A stretch of DNA of 63,879 bases, filler included, from Sphaeroforma arctica JP610 (GCF_001186125.1; 5 parts of one record of this genome joined end to end with filler, not necessarily neighbours in it), one strand, 5' to 3'; counted from the first letter of the whole stretch, positions 23,542-35,276 are shown. A program made the numbers and translations. The notes: generated by a model from the sequence alone, not told the origin.

Positions 23542-25704
23542 ATGATATTGGGTCTAATTGAACGTAGGTTACGCTGGCCATCGCCGGTTGTGGGCGAAGT
23601 GGTATACAAGGTGCTGATGCCGGTATTTTTTATTGAACACGTCTGCGGCGTATTTTACCTGACCGAGAGGAACCCGAGTTGGTATTTCCCGTTGTTTTTA
23701 GTGGCCATTTTAGAAGACATATGTGTGTGTTACCTTCTGGCCTTCTGTTTGAGTTTTCCTCTAAAACATATACATAGCGCTGCAAGGGTTTACAACACTT
23801 TTAGTCTATGCGTGAGCATATTTCCCATCACGTTCATAACAATGGGTAGTGCTTTACTCGATAATTTGGCGGGTGTTCGTCTCACACGTCTTCATATGAC
23901 TGAAATATGGTCTAATGGAGCTCTAAGAGTTCTGGACATGGCATCCGACTTGGATTTGCCTAATTCGTACCGTTATGGGTTTTTATTAGGCATCGGCCTT
24001 ACACTGGTATGTATCGTAACGACAGTGTCGAATAGTTCTTTAAAACGCAATAGATCGATCTTCATTACGAGTAACAATAGTATAATATGCCTTATGATGA
24101 TCGCTTTTGTGCTATTTGACTATGGCTGTAAGGATATCATTGAATCAATACCTGCCTACAGTTCTCGGTATGGCAGTAGTGCAGTGCATGTGGTGGACAA
24201 TACAATTTTGAGCTCTGTCTTTGTACCATTTAAATGGGGTAGGAGCACACGGCTTGAAATTTTGAAGATTGCAAGTGACAAACAGCCCGTTGCATATAAA
24301 AGCTTGTTATCGGCACTCGAGAGCTCGTCGGTGTTGGGCACAGGCAGTTGTCTGGATAGGATGGTGCACGGATATATGGGAAAGAAAGTCTTATCCATGA
24401 GAAACGAGGATATTAGGCCTAATGTTATCGTGTTTACCATCGAAACTATGCGAGCATACGAAAATTCCGGTCTACGCGTGCCTATGTATAATGGAACGAC
24501 GGTCAGTCTCACACCAAACCTGGATCGACTACGATCAAGAGGCGCCGACTGGCGCAATTTCTACACAGTCAATGTGAACTCACCAGGTGCGTATTATGCA
24601 CAGGAACATGGGCACTATAATGATGGGGGTGGGCACACTTACGATGAACGTTTGCATGGGTATACAGAAGTGTTGGATAATATGGGCTATGAAATGTACA
24701 GACTCACTCCTGATGGATTCGCCTCTAGTCCCGGGTATCAAAAAGTACCTTATCCGAACAAGGTAACTGCCTATCTCGGGGAATGGGGTGGCTGGTTCAC
24801 GTCGAAAGATATACTACTGAAGCACCCAATGGTGAAAGCAATAAGCAAGCACAAAAAAAAACACGGAGACGATCCTTATTATTTGGAAGTACGCACACCA
24901 GGGGGAACGCATATAATGTGGCAGTTATTTGAAGACTCTGAGAAGGAGTTCAGTGAGGAGTTCACAGCTGGCTTGGAACAGCTCAGAGAAAAAGCTATGA
25001 ACGAAGTATTCCCAACTGCTGACGGTGTTCACCACAAAGATTACTACAAAGTGGAAGACAAAAACGAGCTTTACAGAGATATGCTGAAAACATACTGGCT
25101 AGCAGATCAGTTCATAGGCAAAACGCTGGACGATCTGAGAGCGAAAGGTCTCGCAAAGAACACTCTGGTGATTGTGCAAGGTGACCATGGTCACGGCCTT
25201 GAACACGGCGTCGCTACTGTCCCTATGCGGGAACAATACCATGTACCATTCGTGGTCAGTGATGTGGACGATGATGTCATACACTCATCAACGCGAAACA
25301 TTACCAATAAAGAGGTATCCAGTAACCTGGATTTTGGAGCAACACTACTCGATTTGTTGAACGCGCCAGGCTATGTCACCGATGGAATAGGTCACTCCCT
25401 AAATCGAAAGATGAACTCGAAAGGAAACAAGCGTCACATTGTGTCTCGCCATGGAGGAGAGTGGATTGTGCGCAACCAAACACACACAATGAACTTCTAC
25501 CCCAGCGGCAGTTTGGTGGATATAAAGGTGTGGGATACGAGTATAGATCCTTATCAGCAATACGCACCTCACGTGTATAGTGTACCGAATACGGATGATA
25601 TTCATCTGCACTGGCTTCATACATACAGGGAGATGAGTCTTCTGTGGGAGAAGTCCATTGAAAGCTGTGGACAGCATTTCAATCAGACACCCACAGTTCA
25701 ATGA
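23542..25704 (+). CDS. Membrane-anchored alkaline-phosphatase-superfamily enzyme (LTA synthase/phosphoglycerol transferase/sulfatase-like), intronless
   Basis: 720-aa ORF with ~5 N-terminal hydrophobic helices, then PNVIVFTIETMR, LTPNLDRL, NFYT, ADQFIG, NTLVIVQGDHG, YHVPFVV, SSNLDFGATLLDLL. No CxPxR sulfatase motif. Confidence 0.85.
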   Translation: MILGLIERRLRWPSPVVGEVVYKVLMPVFFIEHVCGVFYLTERNPSWYFPLFLVAILEDICVCYLLAFCLSFPLKHIHSAARVYNTFSLCVSIFPITFITMGSALLDNLAGVRLTRLHMTEIWSNGALRVLDMASDLDLPNSYRYGFLLGIGLTLVCIVTTVSNSSLKRNRSIFITSNNSIICLMMIAFVLFDYGCKDIIESIPAYSSRYGSSAVHVVDNTILSSVFVPFKWGRSTRLEILKIASDKQPVAYKSLLSALESSSVLGTGSCLDRMVHGYMGKKVLSMRNEDIRPNVIVFTIETMRAYENSGLRVPMYNGTTVSLTPNLDRLRSRGADWRNFYTVNVNSPGAYYAQEHGHYNDGGGHTYDERLHGYTEVLDNMGYEMYRLTPDGFASSPGYQKVPYPNKVTAYLGEWGGWFTSKDILLKHPMVKAISKHKKKHGDDPYYLEVRTPGGTHIMWQLFEDSEKEFSEEFTAGLEQLREKAMNEVFPTADGVHHKDYYKVEDKNELYRDMLKTYWLADQFIGKTLDDLRAKGLAKNTLVIVQGDHGHGLEHGVATVPMREQYHVPFVVSDVDDDVIHSSTRNITNKEVSSNLDFGATLLDLLNAPGYVTDGIGHSLNRKMNSKGNKRHIVSRHGGEWIVRNQTHTMNFYPSGSLVDIKVWDTSIDPYQQYAPHVYSVPNTDDIHLHWLHTYREMSLLWEKSIESCGQHFNQTPTVQ

Positions 25705-26000
25705 GCTAGGAGGGCTCGCTCACCAAGTATTCATCACATCACTAAGGGCATCAATAGGCACCGCAAATAAGTCATAAGCATCTTGATTCACGCGTACGTG
25801 CAGTGAACCGTCGAAAGCAAAAACCCCATATCAGGGAGGAGCTCTGAGCCACAACCATCGTAGTTTATTCGTACAATATCAGTAGGTGAACTCACATCCG
25901 GATCATAATACACACAAGCAGTGGGTTATGCACATACGCTGCCTGAACTTTCATTTTTCAAGTTGTGTGGAAGCGAGCGCATAGTATGCATATATATGTA

Positions 26001-26100
26001 NNNNNNNNNNNNNNNNNNNNNNNNNNNNNNNNNNNNNNNNNNNNTTAATTAATTAANNNNNNNNNNNNNNNNNNNNNNNNNNNNNNNNNNNNNNNNNNNN
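26001..26100. other. Assembly gap with TTAATTAATTAA linker (also 28986-29085, 33513-33612, 61273-61372; 20-N gaps at 34892-34911, 38933-38952)
   Basis: N runs with a central six-frame-stop linker; scaffolding artefact. Confidence 0.95.
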
Positions 26101-26170
26101 TGTGTGTGTGTGTGTGTGTATAATAAATAATATATATATATATATATGAGTGTGTGTGTGTGTATGTATG

Positions 26171-26201
<31 letters not shown>

Positions 26202-26537
26202 TAACCCTCCCACAACGTGTACAAGAGTCCACAAAATATATTATACGCTATTTTTTCAGGAAACTTATGTATTTATATATATACCTCTGGCTGCACACAT
26301 ACTACTCGCTATAGTGTCGAAACTCGAGACTTGACTATTTATTTAGAGTGTTAATAATCATAGCCTTCTAAATATGACCCTGAATACTTTATTTTTATTT
26401 ATAACCTTCGAAGTTCCACTCTTCCTTGCCTTACATATTCAATTACCAGCTATAACCATACTATTTAGTTGTGTTTTTTTTAAACAATATACAACAATAT
26501 ATATATTGATAAATATATAGTATATATTGTATATATG

Positions 26538-26571
<34 letters not shown>

Positions 26572-27484
26572 AATATATAGAAGTCTGTCTAAATTTTAAA
26601 ATATTAAAATAAAAAAAGACAGAGTGTTCAATTTTCAGAAGGCTAAAATATGCTGTGAGGTTCTTTGATATTCGTACTTATGAAATATTTTTACATATTT
26701 TGTTTTTAGCTGGAGTAATATGAAATATTATATATATACGTTACCAATAAACAACTAGTTTAATTTTAAAAATAAATACAAATTATATCTATATATTTTT
26801 ATCACCGCTTTTTTTAAAATTTATACTGTAATTATATTCTTATATAAATATGTATATATTTATATATCTATAATTTTACTCTTTTGTTGATATTTTTTAA
26901 TTTTAAAAAGTAAAACAAAGTCACATAGTCTTCTAGATTATACAAAAGTCACCAAAGACAGTTATTATGTAATAAATGTAGGATGAATTTTTATAATTTT
27001 ATAAAATTTACAAAAAAGCAATATATTAAAAATATGTTTTCAAAACAAAAACATAGTTTTAAAAAATAAGTTAAATTTTAAATTTCATTAGAAATCGTAT
27101 ATATTTATGTTCACAGAGCTCGACCTTCGGCTTGAACTTCAATGAAGCCGCCCTTGAGTCACATGAGGGGTGACGGGTGACTGGTGACTGGATGAGCTGT
27201 CTTAGATCTCTTGGGATGAGCCTTGTTGATTGAACAGCGGGCAGCGGGTCATGAAAAACTCAAAAACAGAACATGAAAAATCATATTATTTATAAGAATA
27301 TTTAGTTGTCCCCAGCCCCAGCCCCAGCCCCAGCCCCAGCCCCAGGCCACAGCCCCCAGTGCTCAGAGCGTTGCGAAGCACCTCTAAAATATATGAATAT
27401 AGTGGATATGAACGATGCCATTATTTTTAAAAAAGCGACTTTTTAAAACACATTCAAACACTCAATACCTCCTCGTGCGCGACT

Positions 27485-28657
27485 ATGATAGCGAGGAAAG
27501 GATCATGTTTGCATTTCATGAGCCCGCTCATGTTAGTAGCGTTAATTGCACTATCTATGTATGCGTCAGATCTCAGCCATAAAAACACTCAACTGCAAAA
27601 TACATTAAAAAGTATCAGTCATAGTGTCCAACATGATTTAGAAGCACTTGATATACCTGGTGTGTCCAAAGCCTCACTTGGTACGTCCAGGGTGAACGCT
27701 GATGGGAAGGTTGAGTCTGGCAGTAATGTTACGGCTGTCGACCCCGCGCTGTATAGGAAAGCCATGGTATACGTAGAGCCACGCCAACAAGAGACGGCCA
27801 TGCACGTCCTAAGCAACTTCAACGGTAACATGCCGTCTGATTGGGATTTGGTAATTGTGCATTCACCGTCGAACGAGCAATTTATGCGTGATAGAGTCAA
27901 TAAGTTGCAGCTACATGGACGCATTGTGCAGTTCAAACGCCTTCTGCCTGACGAATTCACCTCCGCAGCTTACAATGGACTGTTTCTCTCAGTCGAATTT
28001 TGGGATAATTTCGAACAGGAACACTTATTGGTTTTCCAGAGTGACGCGGTGTTATGTTCCAATTCGCCGTTCCAAGCGGATCACTTCACACAATACGATT
28101 ACATTGGCTGCGGATACGCAAACAGTCACGGAGAAGCTACTAACTTTCACTGGGCACCTTGGCCGTTTTACGGTGTAGGGGGTCTATCTATGCGATCCAA
28201 TAGCTTCCAGAAAAGATGTCTTGAAAGCGAAGAATTGCACCATTACAAATCCACAGTGGCAAACGGGGGCGAAGATGTGTTCTTCAGCATGTGCCTACAC
28301 CACGGGTATGGCCGTAGGCCGGAAAGTGCCAAAACACTGCGACGCTTCTGCAACCAGCAAGTAATGCGAGAACCTAGTTTTGGTGTACATAAATTCTGGT
28401 CGCAGATGTACGAGCACGCACCCTCGAATACCAAACCATTAATAAAGCATTGTCCCGAGGCGTTGGTGTTGAGACCAGAGGCACCCCTGGATCCACAGTG
28501 GAAAGCTGTGACATCCCCGCATCCACAGTTTAACGTCAAGGCTTGGGAGAAAAGAGCTAGAAAAACAGTCAAGGAATACATACCCCAACACCATTTTGAC
28601 GAGGAGAAAGAGAGAAGTAGGAACTTGGTGAACTTGGATGATGTACCTGGCCAATAA
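27485..28657 (+). CDS. DUF5672-like (putative glycosyltransferase-fold) type II membrane protein, intronless
   Basis: 390-aa ORF with an N-terminal signal/anchor (LMLVALIALSMYA) and stem, then YNGLFLSVEFW, LVFQSDAVLC, YDYIG, GVGGLSMR, EDVFFS, SFGVHK motifs typical of DUF5672. Confidence 0.8.
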   Translation: MIARKGSCLHFMSPLMLVALIALSMYASDLSHKNTQLQNTLKSISHSVQHDLEALDIPGVSKASLGTSRVNADGKVESGSNVTAVDPALYRKAMVYVEPRQQETAMHVLSNFNGNMPSDWDLVIVHSPSNEQFMRDRVNKLQLHGRIVQFKRLLPDEFTSAAYNGLFLSVEFWDNFEQEHLLVFQSDAVLCSNSPFQADHFTQYDYIGCGYANSHGEATNFHWAPWPFYGVGGLSMRSNSFQKRCLESEELHHYKSTVANGGEDVFFSMCLHHGYGRRPESAKTLRRFCNQQVMREPSFGVHKFWSQMYEHAPSNTKPLIKHCPEALVLRPEAPLDPQWKAVTSPHPQFNVKAWEKRARKTVKEYIPQHHFDEEKERSRNLVNLDDVPGQ

Positions 28658-29195
28658 CATGCAGACTGCAGTATAAGAGCCACCATCGGTATAAGCGTGC
28701 CTAATGAAACACAGAAGTAGAAATTAAATATGTCAAAACCACAATACACTACAGCTAGACAATTAAATTGTTTATTGGGATATCAAAATATTATGTGCGC
28801 GAACTATAGTACACCAATAAGGACTTTATTTACACAAACGAATGTTTAAACAAATACAAACAAATAATATATCGACATGCAGTTGACAAGTTATATTTTT
28901 GAGGTGTACATACGTGGAGAAAATTATACATCGTATATATATATATATAGAAAGAGAGAGAGAGAGTAGGTACAATAAAGGTATANNNNNNNNNNNNNNN
29001 NNNNNNNNNNNNNNNNNNNNNNNNNNNNNTTAATTAATTAANNNNNNNNNNNNNNNNNNNNNNNNNNNNNNNNNNNNNNNNNNNNATATATAACTTCGAT
29101 GTATATTTTGATTTTTAGCTTCGGTGTAAATTTTGATTTGAACTGTAGCCAATACAGTTTGGTATGTCCTGAAGGTGATTTGTAGTGCTTTATAG

Positions 29196-30670
29196 TTTGG
29201 TCGCGTGGTGCCACGTGCATCCATCGGAACTTTCTCTTGTGGTTCACACGTCTGGGGTAAAAGGCTACATCCGGTCTACTTGTCCTTGCTGATGCCTGCT
29301 TTAACGCATATCACTCATTATTTCATACTTAGGCACCCCGTACTACGCATATGAAGCCACATACATGGAGAAGCCTATTGAGGGCACCCACACGACCCTA
29401 GCTGTCGGAAAGCGCAGCCCAGATGTGTCTCGCTATTTGCATCTGGATGGAGTGGGTGCTAAGGTTCCGCTGGGCAAACTCAAAAGCACCGCCGTGCCAG
29501 ACACGGAGGCTTGCATCTGGACTATGAAGTACGTATACAACCCCTCCCCCCTTCAAGAGATATGCGTATCGAACCGTGGTTTGGTTCTCTGTTTTAAACG
29601 TTTACCAAATGTGTGTGTGTGTGTGCGTGCGTTTGTGTGAAGGCCATTGAACTAGGTTTACCTTCCATTAAGCTTGAGATTATATCGTACGAGCCATGTG
29701 TGCGTTGATATTTCGTTAGTATTCTCCTTGTATATCGGCAGTACTATCGGTCGGTGTTTTTACACTCTAAGTTTTATCGTATTTCGTCGAAAACGCATTC
29801 ATAAAATATTACGTGAGACTATATTATATAGTCCACTGTTCACGAGGGCAACCTATGTCATACTTTTATCGCTTTTAGGGTATATAGCAGTAGTCAGCTA
29901 GTTTATATAGTATTGATAAAGTGCCCCGAGTATATCCGTTTACGTTTTATTTGCTCTACTCAATCATGCTATGTACACACTCTACGCACAAGACTATCGC
30001 AAATGGGTATTTTACAGTACTATTCACCATTGCTACACTGACCTACGGACAAACATGTGTACAGAATCTCATTACGACTTGTATGTCGCCTATATCGACT
30101 GAACCAGCCTCTATACTAACCCATATCACCACGACCCTATACCTCTACAGAGGGACAGGGTGGAGGGCCACTCGCGTACCACTTGATCCAATAGCCAATA
30201 CGATGGTCGAACGCGCTAGGTTAGATCCACAGACAACATTCCCCTGCACGGTTGTGGTCACACACCGTGACCAGAAGTACACGGTGGTGCTTGATGAAGG
30301 CTATGATACGACAACGGCGACCATGTGTGGGTATAAGGAGAACAAACAACCCAAGAAAAAGAAGGCGTCAGTGGACGGAGAGAAAGGTAGTAGACAACCA
30401 GACAAAACAACTGGCGGTATTGATAAGGACGGTGACAGCGGCATAAGTAGCAGCAGCAACAGCGAAAGCGCAGATTCGGATGGGGCAACGAATATGCGTA
30501 ATGCTCTGACTGGGCACCGCTCTAGTGAACCAGGGAAAGAGCTCAAGCGAACAATCCGCCAGGCAAACCCCGAGAGGAATGAGTTCGTGGTTTATGACAC
30601 AACTCAGATCAAACTGAGATACTTGATAGAGGTTACTAGCAAGCAGTGGTTGGCCAATCAACTCCAGTGA
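29196..30670 (+). pseudogene. PARP (poly-ADP-ribose polymerase) catalytic-domain C-terminal part; 5'-degenerate or truncated
   Basis: Exons 29333-29528 and 30151-30670 (phase-2 GT-AG intron) encode GTPYYAYEATYMEKPIEGTHTTLAVGKRSPD...LDGVGAKVPLGK and NEFVVYDTTQIKLRYLIEV. Upstream FGR and GLLVLADAC (29273-29299) are frameshifted relative to each other and lack a donor site. Adjacent to a gap. Confidence 0.7.
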
Positions 30671-31345
30671 GAGCGATACCAGATGTTGTTGACTGATAGG
30701 TGAAAACCCCCAGTAGTAAATTAGAAGTGACATGTAGATTTGATATTGGGAGCTATCCTTCGAGAAACATCAAGACGATAAATATCCAGATATGCTCTAT
30801 GGAAAGTATACATCTGCATACACAAATGTGACATACCAAATGTGACATTGATAATTCTATTTTCTAAATCACGATATTCATCTTCTGAAGTTGACAGAAA
30901 TTGCTCAAAGTGATCGAAATATGAAGCGCAAACGGTTGTCTACCCAGTAGTTGATTATTGATTCGCATTTGACGTGGCTGTCAGAATTCATATGTTATAT
31001 CTCCCTTTATGTATGTTTGCCCCTGACCCCACAATGTGGAGCGCTCGCACATTAACCGATAGCCGGACAGTAAGAATGCTCAATGATGGCTCGGCTCGTG
31101 CGTGTGAGATTTATATGCAATTTCCACCGGCCGTGAAGCAATGTATTTCTTATCCAGCCTAGTGAACCCAATCTGCAATCTATGTTTTTGTCCAGTAATA
31201 CTCGGAAAATCGAAATATGCCGTAAATATGAGTGTAGGATAGCACGAGATGCATATGTGTATACCGTGGGATGTTTAGCAATGCGCGTGTGAAAGCCGCA
31301 ACACAAGTATCAAAAACTGGCCAGATATGATGACGAGAGTACAAA

Positions 31346-31645
31346 ATCCAATGCAATAGAATAGTAGTTCGAATAGTAGTTCATCTTCACTAATAAACTG
31401 TGGCAACAACAACGGGATCCAATGCAATAGAATCGTAGTTCATGGGTACTGGTATACTGTGAGAACAGCAACGGGGTCGAATGCAATACAATAGTAGTTC
31501 ATGGGCACTGATCAACTGTGGCAAGAGCAACGGGACCCAATGCAATAGAATACTTTTTCATGGGCACTGATAAACTGTAGCTGCAACAACGGGATCCGAT
31601 GCAATAGAATATTAGTTCATGAGCACTGATAAAATGTAGCAACAA
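31346..31645. repeat. ~60-bp tandem repeat (5 copies)
   Basis: atccaatgcaatagaatagtagttcatgggcactgataaactgtggcaacaacaacggg units. Confidence 0.9.
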
Positions 31646-33025
31646 CTACGAAATTCGAAGTTGCGACTAATTAGATTAAAAAGGAGTTTCAAATTCAACA
31701 ATTTTTGACAACTCGGGGCAATGAACCTCTGATTTTCCGCCACTGAAAAAAAAATTATCGTGGTCGATTCGATTTGAAAATTGTGAGTTTTTAAGACATG
31801 GGGAGAATATTATTTATTTCAATTTACGTTGACTTTTTCTGAAGCGTATGTGATTCTCTGTGCAATGACAGGCATCACGACGGGCCCTTCGCGGGAATGT
31901 TAGAGTGTAATGTAATAGACTTTAAATAAAGTGCAAATGTATATCGTTTGTTTTTGATCTCACCTTCCGCTTTATACCTCAGGTGTTCGTGCTAGTGTTC
32001 AGCCGCTTGGACTGGCCAGGGTAAAACCTCCTACCGTCAGTAATTGAGAACCCTTCTGCAGAACGATTTTACACTTCGATGCTATTTTATTTCGACTTCT
32101 CTGCAACTTAATCTCATGCTGATCATATGATGCCTTTCTACATAGGTTGTGACTCACATTGGGACGCAGCTGTTTTTAGATTGTTGCGGCTAAGAAACTT
32201 AATCAATTCTCGGGAGTCGGTTGGGAAACTTATCATTTTTCGGGAGTCGACTAAGTATCAATTCAACTCTCGGGAATATATTAAGCAGCTTAATTAGCTT
32301 TCGGGAGTGAACTAACTCTGGTAATTTCAATAAATCAGAAAGGGTTCTAACTGTGAAATCTGGTCTGAAGCCTGTAGTCTCGCAGGGAATTCAGGATTTG
32401 AGTACATTCTCCAGAGAAAAAGAAGATCGATGTAAGAGTCCGTACTTGGCTGTCCTTCATATATATCTACATTACATGACTATTACAATATCCTTGACCT
32501 TAATCTCCTGTCAGTCTTGATCCCGATTGATCGTGGCCGGCAATCTTAAGATTCCACTAATTCTTGGCCAGGCCCGAAAAGTGCCAAGTTCAAAAATCTA
32601 GTCCACAAGGTACACTAGAAACCCTAATTCTTATTAAAAAAACATAGGCAAAAACTACTCAGTAGTATATTTTATTGATCCCTGGCTCGGTTCCACAGTC
32701 AAATTTATTCTTGGTGCTAAAGTCTGAGGATTCTAAACTACTATACACTACTATCATATTGATTCTATTTACGACATAATCGTTGCGGTCTATCTATGCC
32801 TAAATGTCTACTGTATTTTGAGCTCAAACCTTTTTCGCAAATCCTCATACGTTTGGTCGCTTTTTAGGGGTCATGTGGTGATCACTCATCAAATTTTTGT
32901 GGCCGCGGTTGTCGGCAACGTGTCGAGAATGTTCTAGGATTGTCTTAGACCCAAAACATTTCAAAATCCAACCCCCAAATCAAGAATCAGGAATACTCAC
33001 TATTATGAGTACCCAACTTCTACAC

Positions 33026-33512
33026 CTTGATGTCCACAGTTATTGCATTAACCAATAACTTGACACTTATCAAGAATTACCGACTTAGTCTTCATCAGAC
33101 TGACACATCTGGTTGGCTGAACGGAGGATAAACTAAGCAACGCTAATAGTCCTTCGAAACCTATGTTCGGTTGAGCCATCTCGCTACCGAAGTATTCAGA
33201 TATAAATAGATTTGGAAGGTTAATATAGTTCTATTAATAGAACTAGACCAAATCTTAGATTTGATATTTTACTGGAGCCCTTTAATGGCCTTGTCCAAAT
33301 ATCTGATATGTAATATGGAAAAGGTATTTAATTAATAAAAACCGGTAAAACCCATTTTAAGAGTTTACGTACTTTTAAAAGTACGTTTTACGTACTATTA
33401 AGAGTACGTTTATATTACAAGATTCTAATGTGGAGGCCCGGCTTTTATACAGCCCCCACCCAGCTTTGAGCAGGAGAAGCAAGTTGCTCACTCAAGCTGA
33501 TTATAGGTCAAA
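33026..33512. repeat. Left arm of a ~480-bp diverged inverted repeat (partner 34552-35017)
   Basis: The reverse complement aligns throughout, e.g. aagttgctcactcaagctgattat / ataatcagcttgagtgagcaactt and ttatcaagaattaccgacttag / ctaagtcggtaattcttgataa. Confidence 0.85.
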
Positions 33513-33612
33513 NNNNNNNNNNNNNNNNNNNNNNNNNNNNNNNNNNNNNNNNNNNNTTAATTAATTAANNNNNNNNNNNNNNNNNNNNNNNNNNNNNNNN
33601 NNNNNNNNNNNN

Positions 33613-34022
33613 ATGGCGGCAAGTACTTGGGTATGACAGGAGTACTGTGATTTAAAGCCAGCTTGGGTAGCATGGGTAGCAGAGCCGGGGTGGCTCGTAA
33701 TCAAATTAAGAAAGCACTTTTCAAAGATGCGTCTGACTATTTGCGTAAGCGTGACGGGGCGGAAGTCGGCGGGGGAGGTGATATCTGCATCGGATTTCTT
33801 TGGTTGCGCTGTTATGAGGCTACAGTTCAGGGCTACGGGGAAGGTACCCGCCTTCAGTAGCTCAGTGAATGCTTTGGCAAGGAGTCTAATCAGTGGGCTA
33901 TTGGCGTCGGGGCGTCCTAATGTCCGGCGTTCGGTAGAGCACTCCACTGCGGCCCTCAGGAGGAGGATGTGGATCCCGTCGGGGCCAGGTCCCTTATTGG
34001 GATAGCGTAGTATTGCCTCCAT
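33613..34022 (-). mobile_element. Non-LTR retrotransposon (LINE) reverse transcriptase fragment, 5'-truncated, running into a gap
   Basis: NKGPGPDGI, FPVALNCSLITAQPKK, DFRPVTLTQIVRRIFEK and QAGFKSQYSCHTQV correspond to RT domains 0-2 of APE-type LINEs. Confidence 0.9.
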
Positions 34023-34551
34023 AAAACCCTAAAACCTTAAAACCCTTATTATAGGCACAAGTCATATTCCGACTACAGAGACTATACTCGCAAGAAGACA
34101 CGACTTTAATGCCCCTCTTGATCGTTCTGAATTTAAAGATATTATATGGAGAATGGATAAGGGAGGCTATAGATACTATCGTACACGCTTTATAGACGAT
34201 ACAATAGCTGAGTTGACTTCAGATGCTTTCGATAATCAGACTATTTAAAAGCCTTTAATCGAAAATGGTTTAAACGCCTGCATAAGTCACAAGCTGAGAA
34301 AGATAGCATGTTTCCATCGTTTGAAGGCACGGAAGTTAAACTCATCCGCCAACAGCATTTATCCCGAGCTCTAATGCTCATCCTTCATATGTACTTAAGA
34401 CACTGAAGCGTAAGAAACGTCCAGTCGACCACCACGGACCTACTGGACCTAAGCCCAAAACTCACAGGGTAACCGAGAACGCTTCCGCCTGAGAAACATT
34501 AACTATACGTTATGCTACTTAATGTTTTCGACCCGTTTTTCCTTTTCGCTT

Positions 34552-35017
34552 TTTGACCCATAATCAGCTTGAGTGAGCAACTTGCCTCTCATGGATCTCA
34601 GAGCTGGGTGGGGGCTGTGTAATAGCCGGGCCTCCACATCAGATTCTATGTTATAAACGCACATTATAATCGTACTCTTAATAGTACAAGAAACTTAAGT
34701 TTCCTAAATGGGGTTTAATGATTTTATTAATTGATACCTTTTCCATTTTACATATCAGATATTTGGACGAGGCCATTAAATGGTCTCAGTAAAATACCAA
34801 ACATAAGAGTCCGTCTAGTTCTATTAATAGAACTATATTTACTTTCCAACTTTATTTATATCTGAATACTTCGGTAGTGTAAACTTCGATGNNNNNNNNN
34901 NNNNNNNNNNNTGATCCTCCGATCAGTCAACCAGATGTGCCAGTCTGATGAAGGCTAAGTCGGTAATTCTTGATAAGTGGCAAGTTATTGGTTAAGACAA
35001 TAACTAAGAACATCAAG
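34552..35017. repeat. Right arm of the inverted repeat (partner 33026-33512)
   Basis: See left arm; both arms contain the palindrome tagttctattaatagaacta. Confidence 0.85.
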
Positions 35018-35276
35018 ACTAATACCCTTCTTATTCTTCTAAAGATAGGATTTTATGAGTCTCTCAGATTCGTCCCAATGAAACATACCATAGCTTCTAA
35101 TAGAGCGACAACGAAACACTAAATAAAATCTTTTAGGCAGAAACAGTACTGAGAAGATTATATATAGGCAACGTTTCAGCCTCACAATCCCTCAGAGTAT
35201 TGCTGTTTTCTCGAGGCATACCTAACTTTACTAAAAGTCTCATTTCATTTATTTACTTTGATATTTTCACGATACT

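Noticed and set aside
26045..26056. TTAATTAATTAA palindrome recurring four times
   Set aside because: Always centred in N runs; scaffolding linker.
34935..34985. Hammerhead-ribozyme-like CTGATGA-aggctaagtc in both inverted arms (Penelope-like?)
   Set aside because: The required GAAA is GGTA in both copies, and the putative stem I does not covary between copies.
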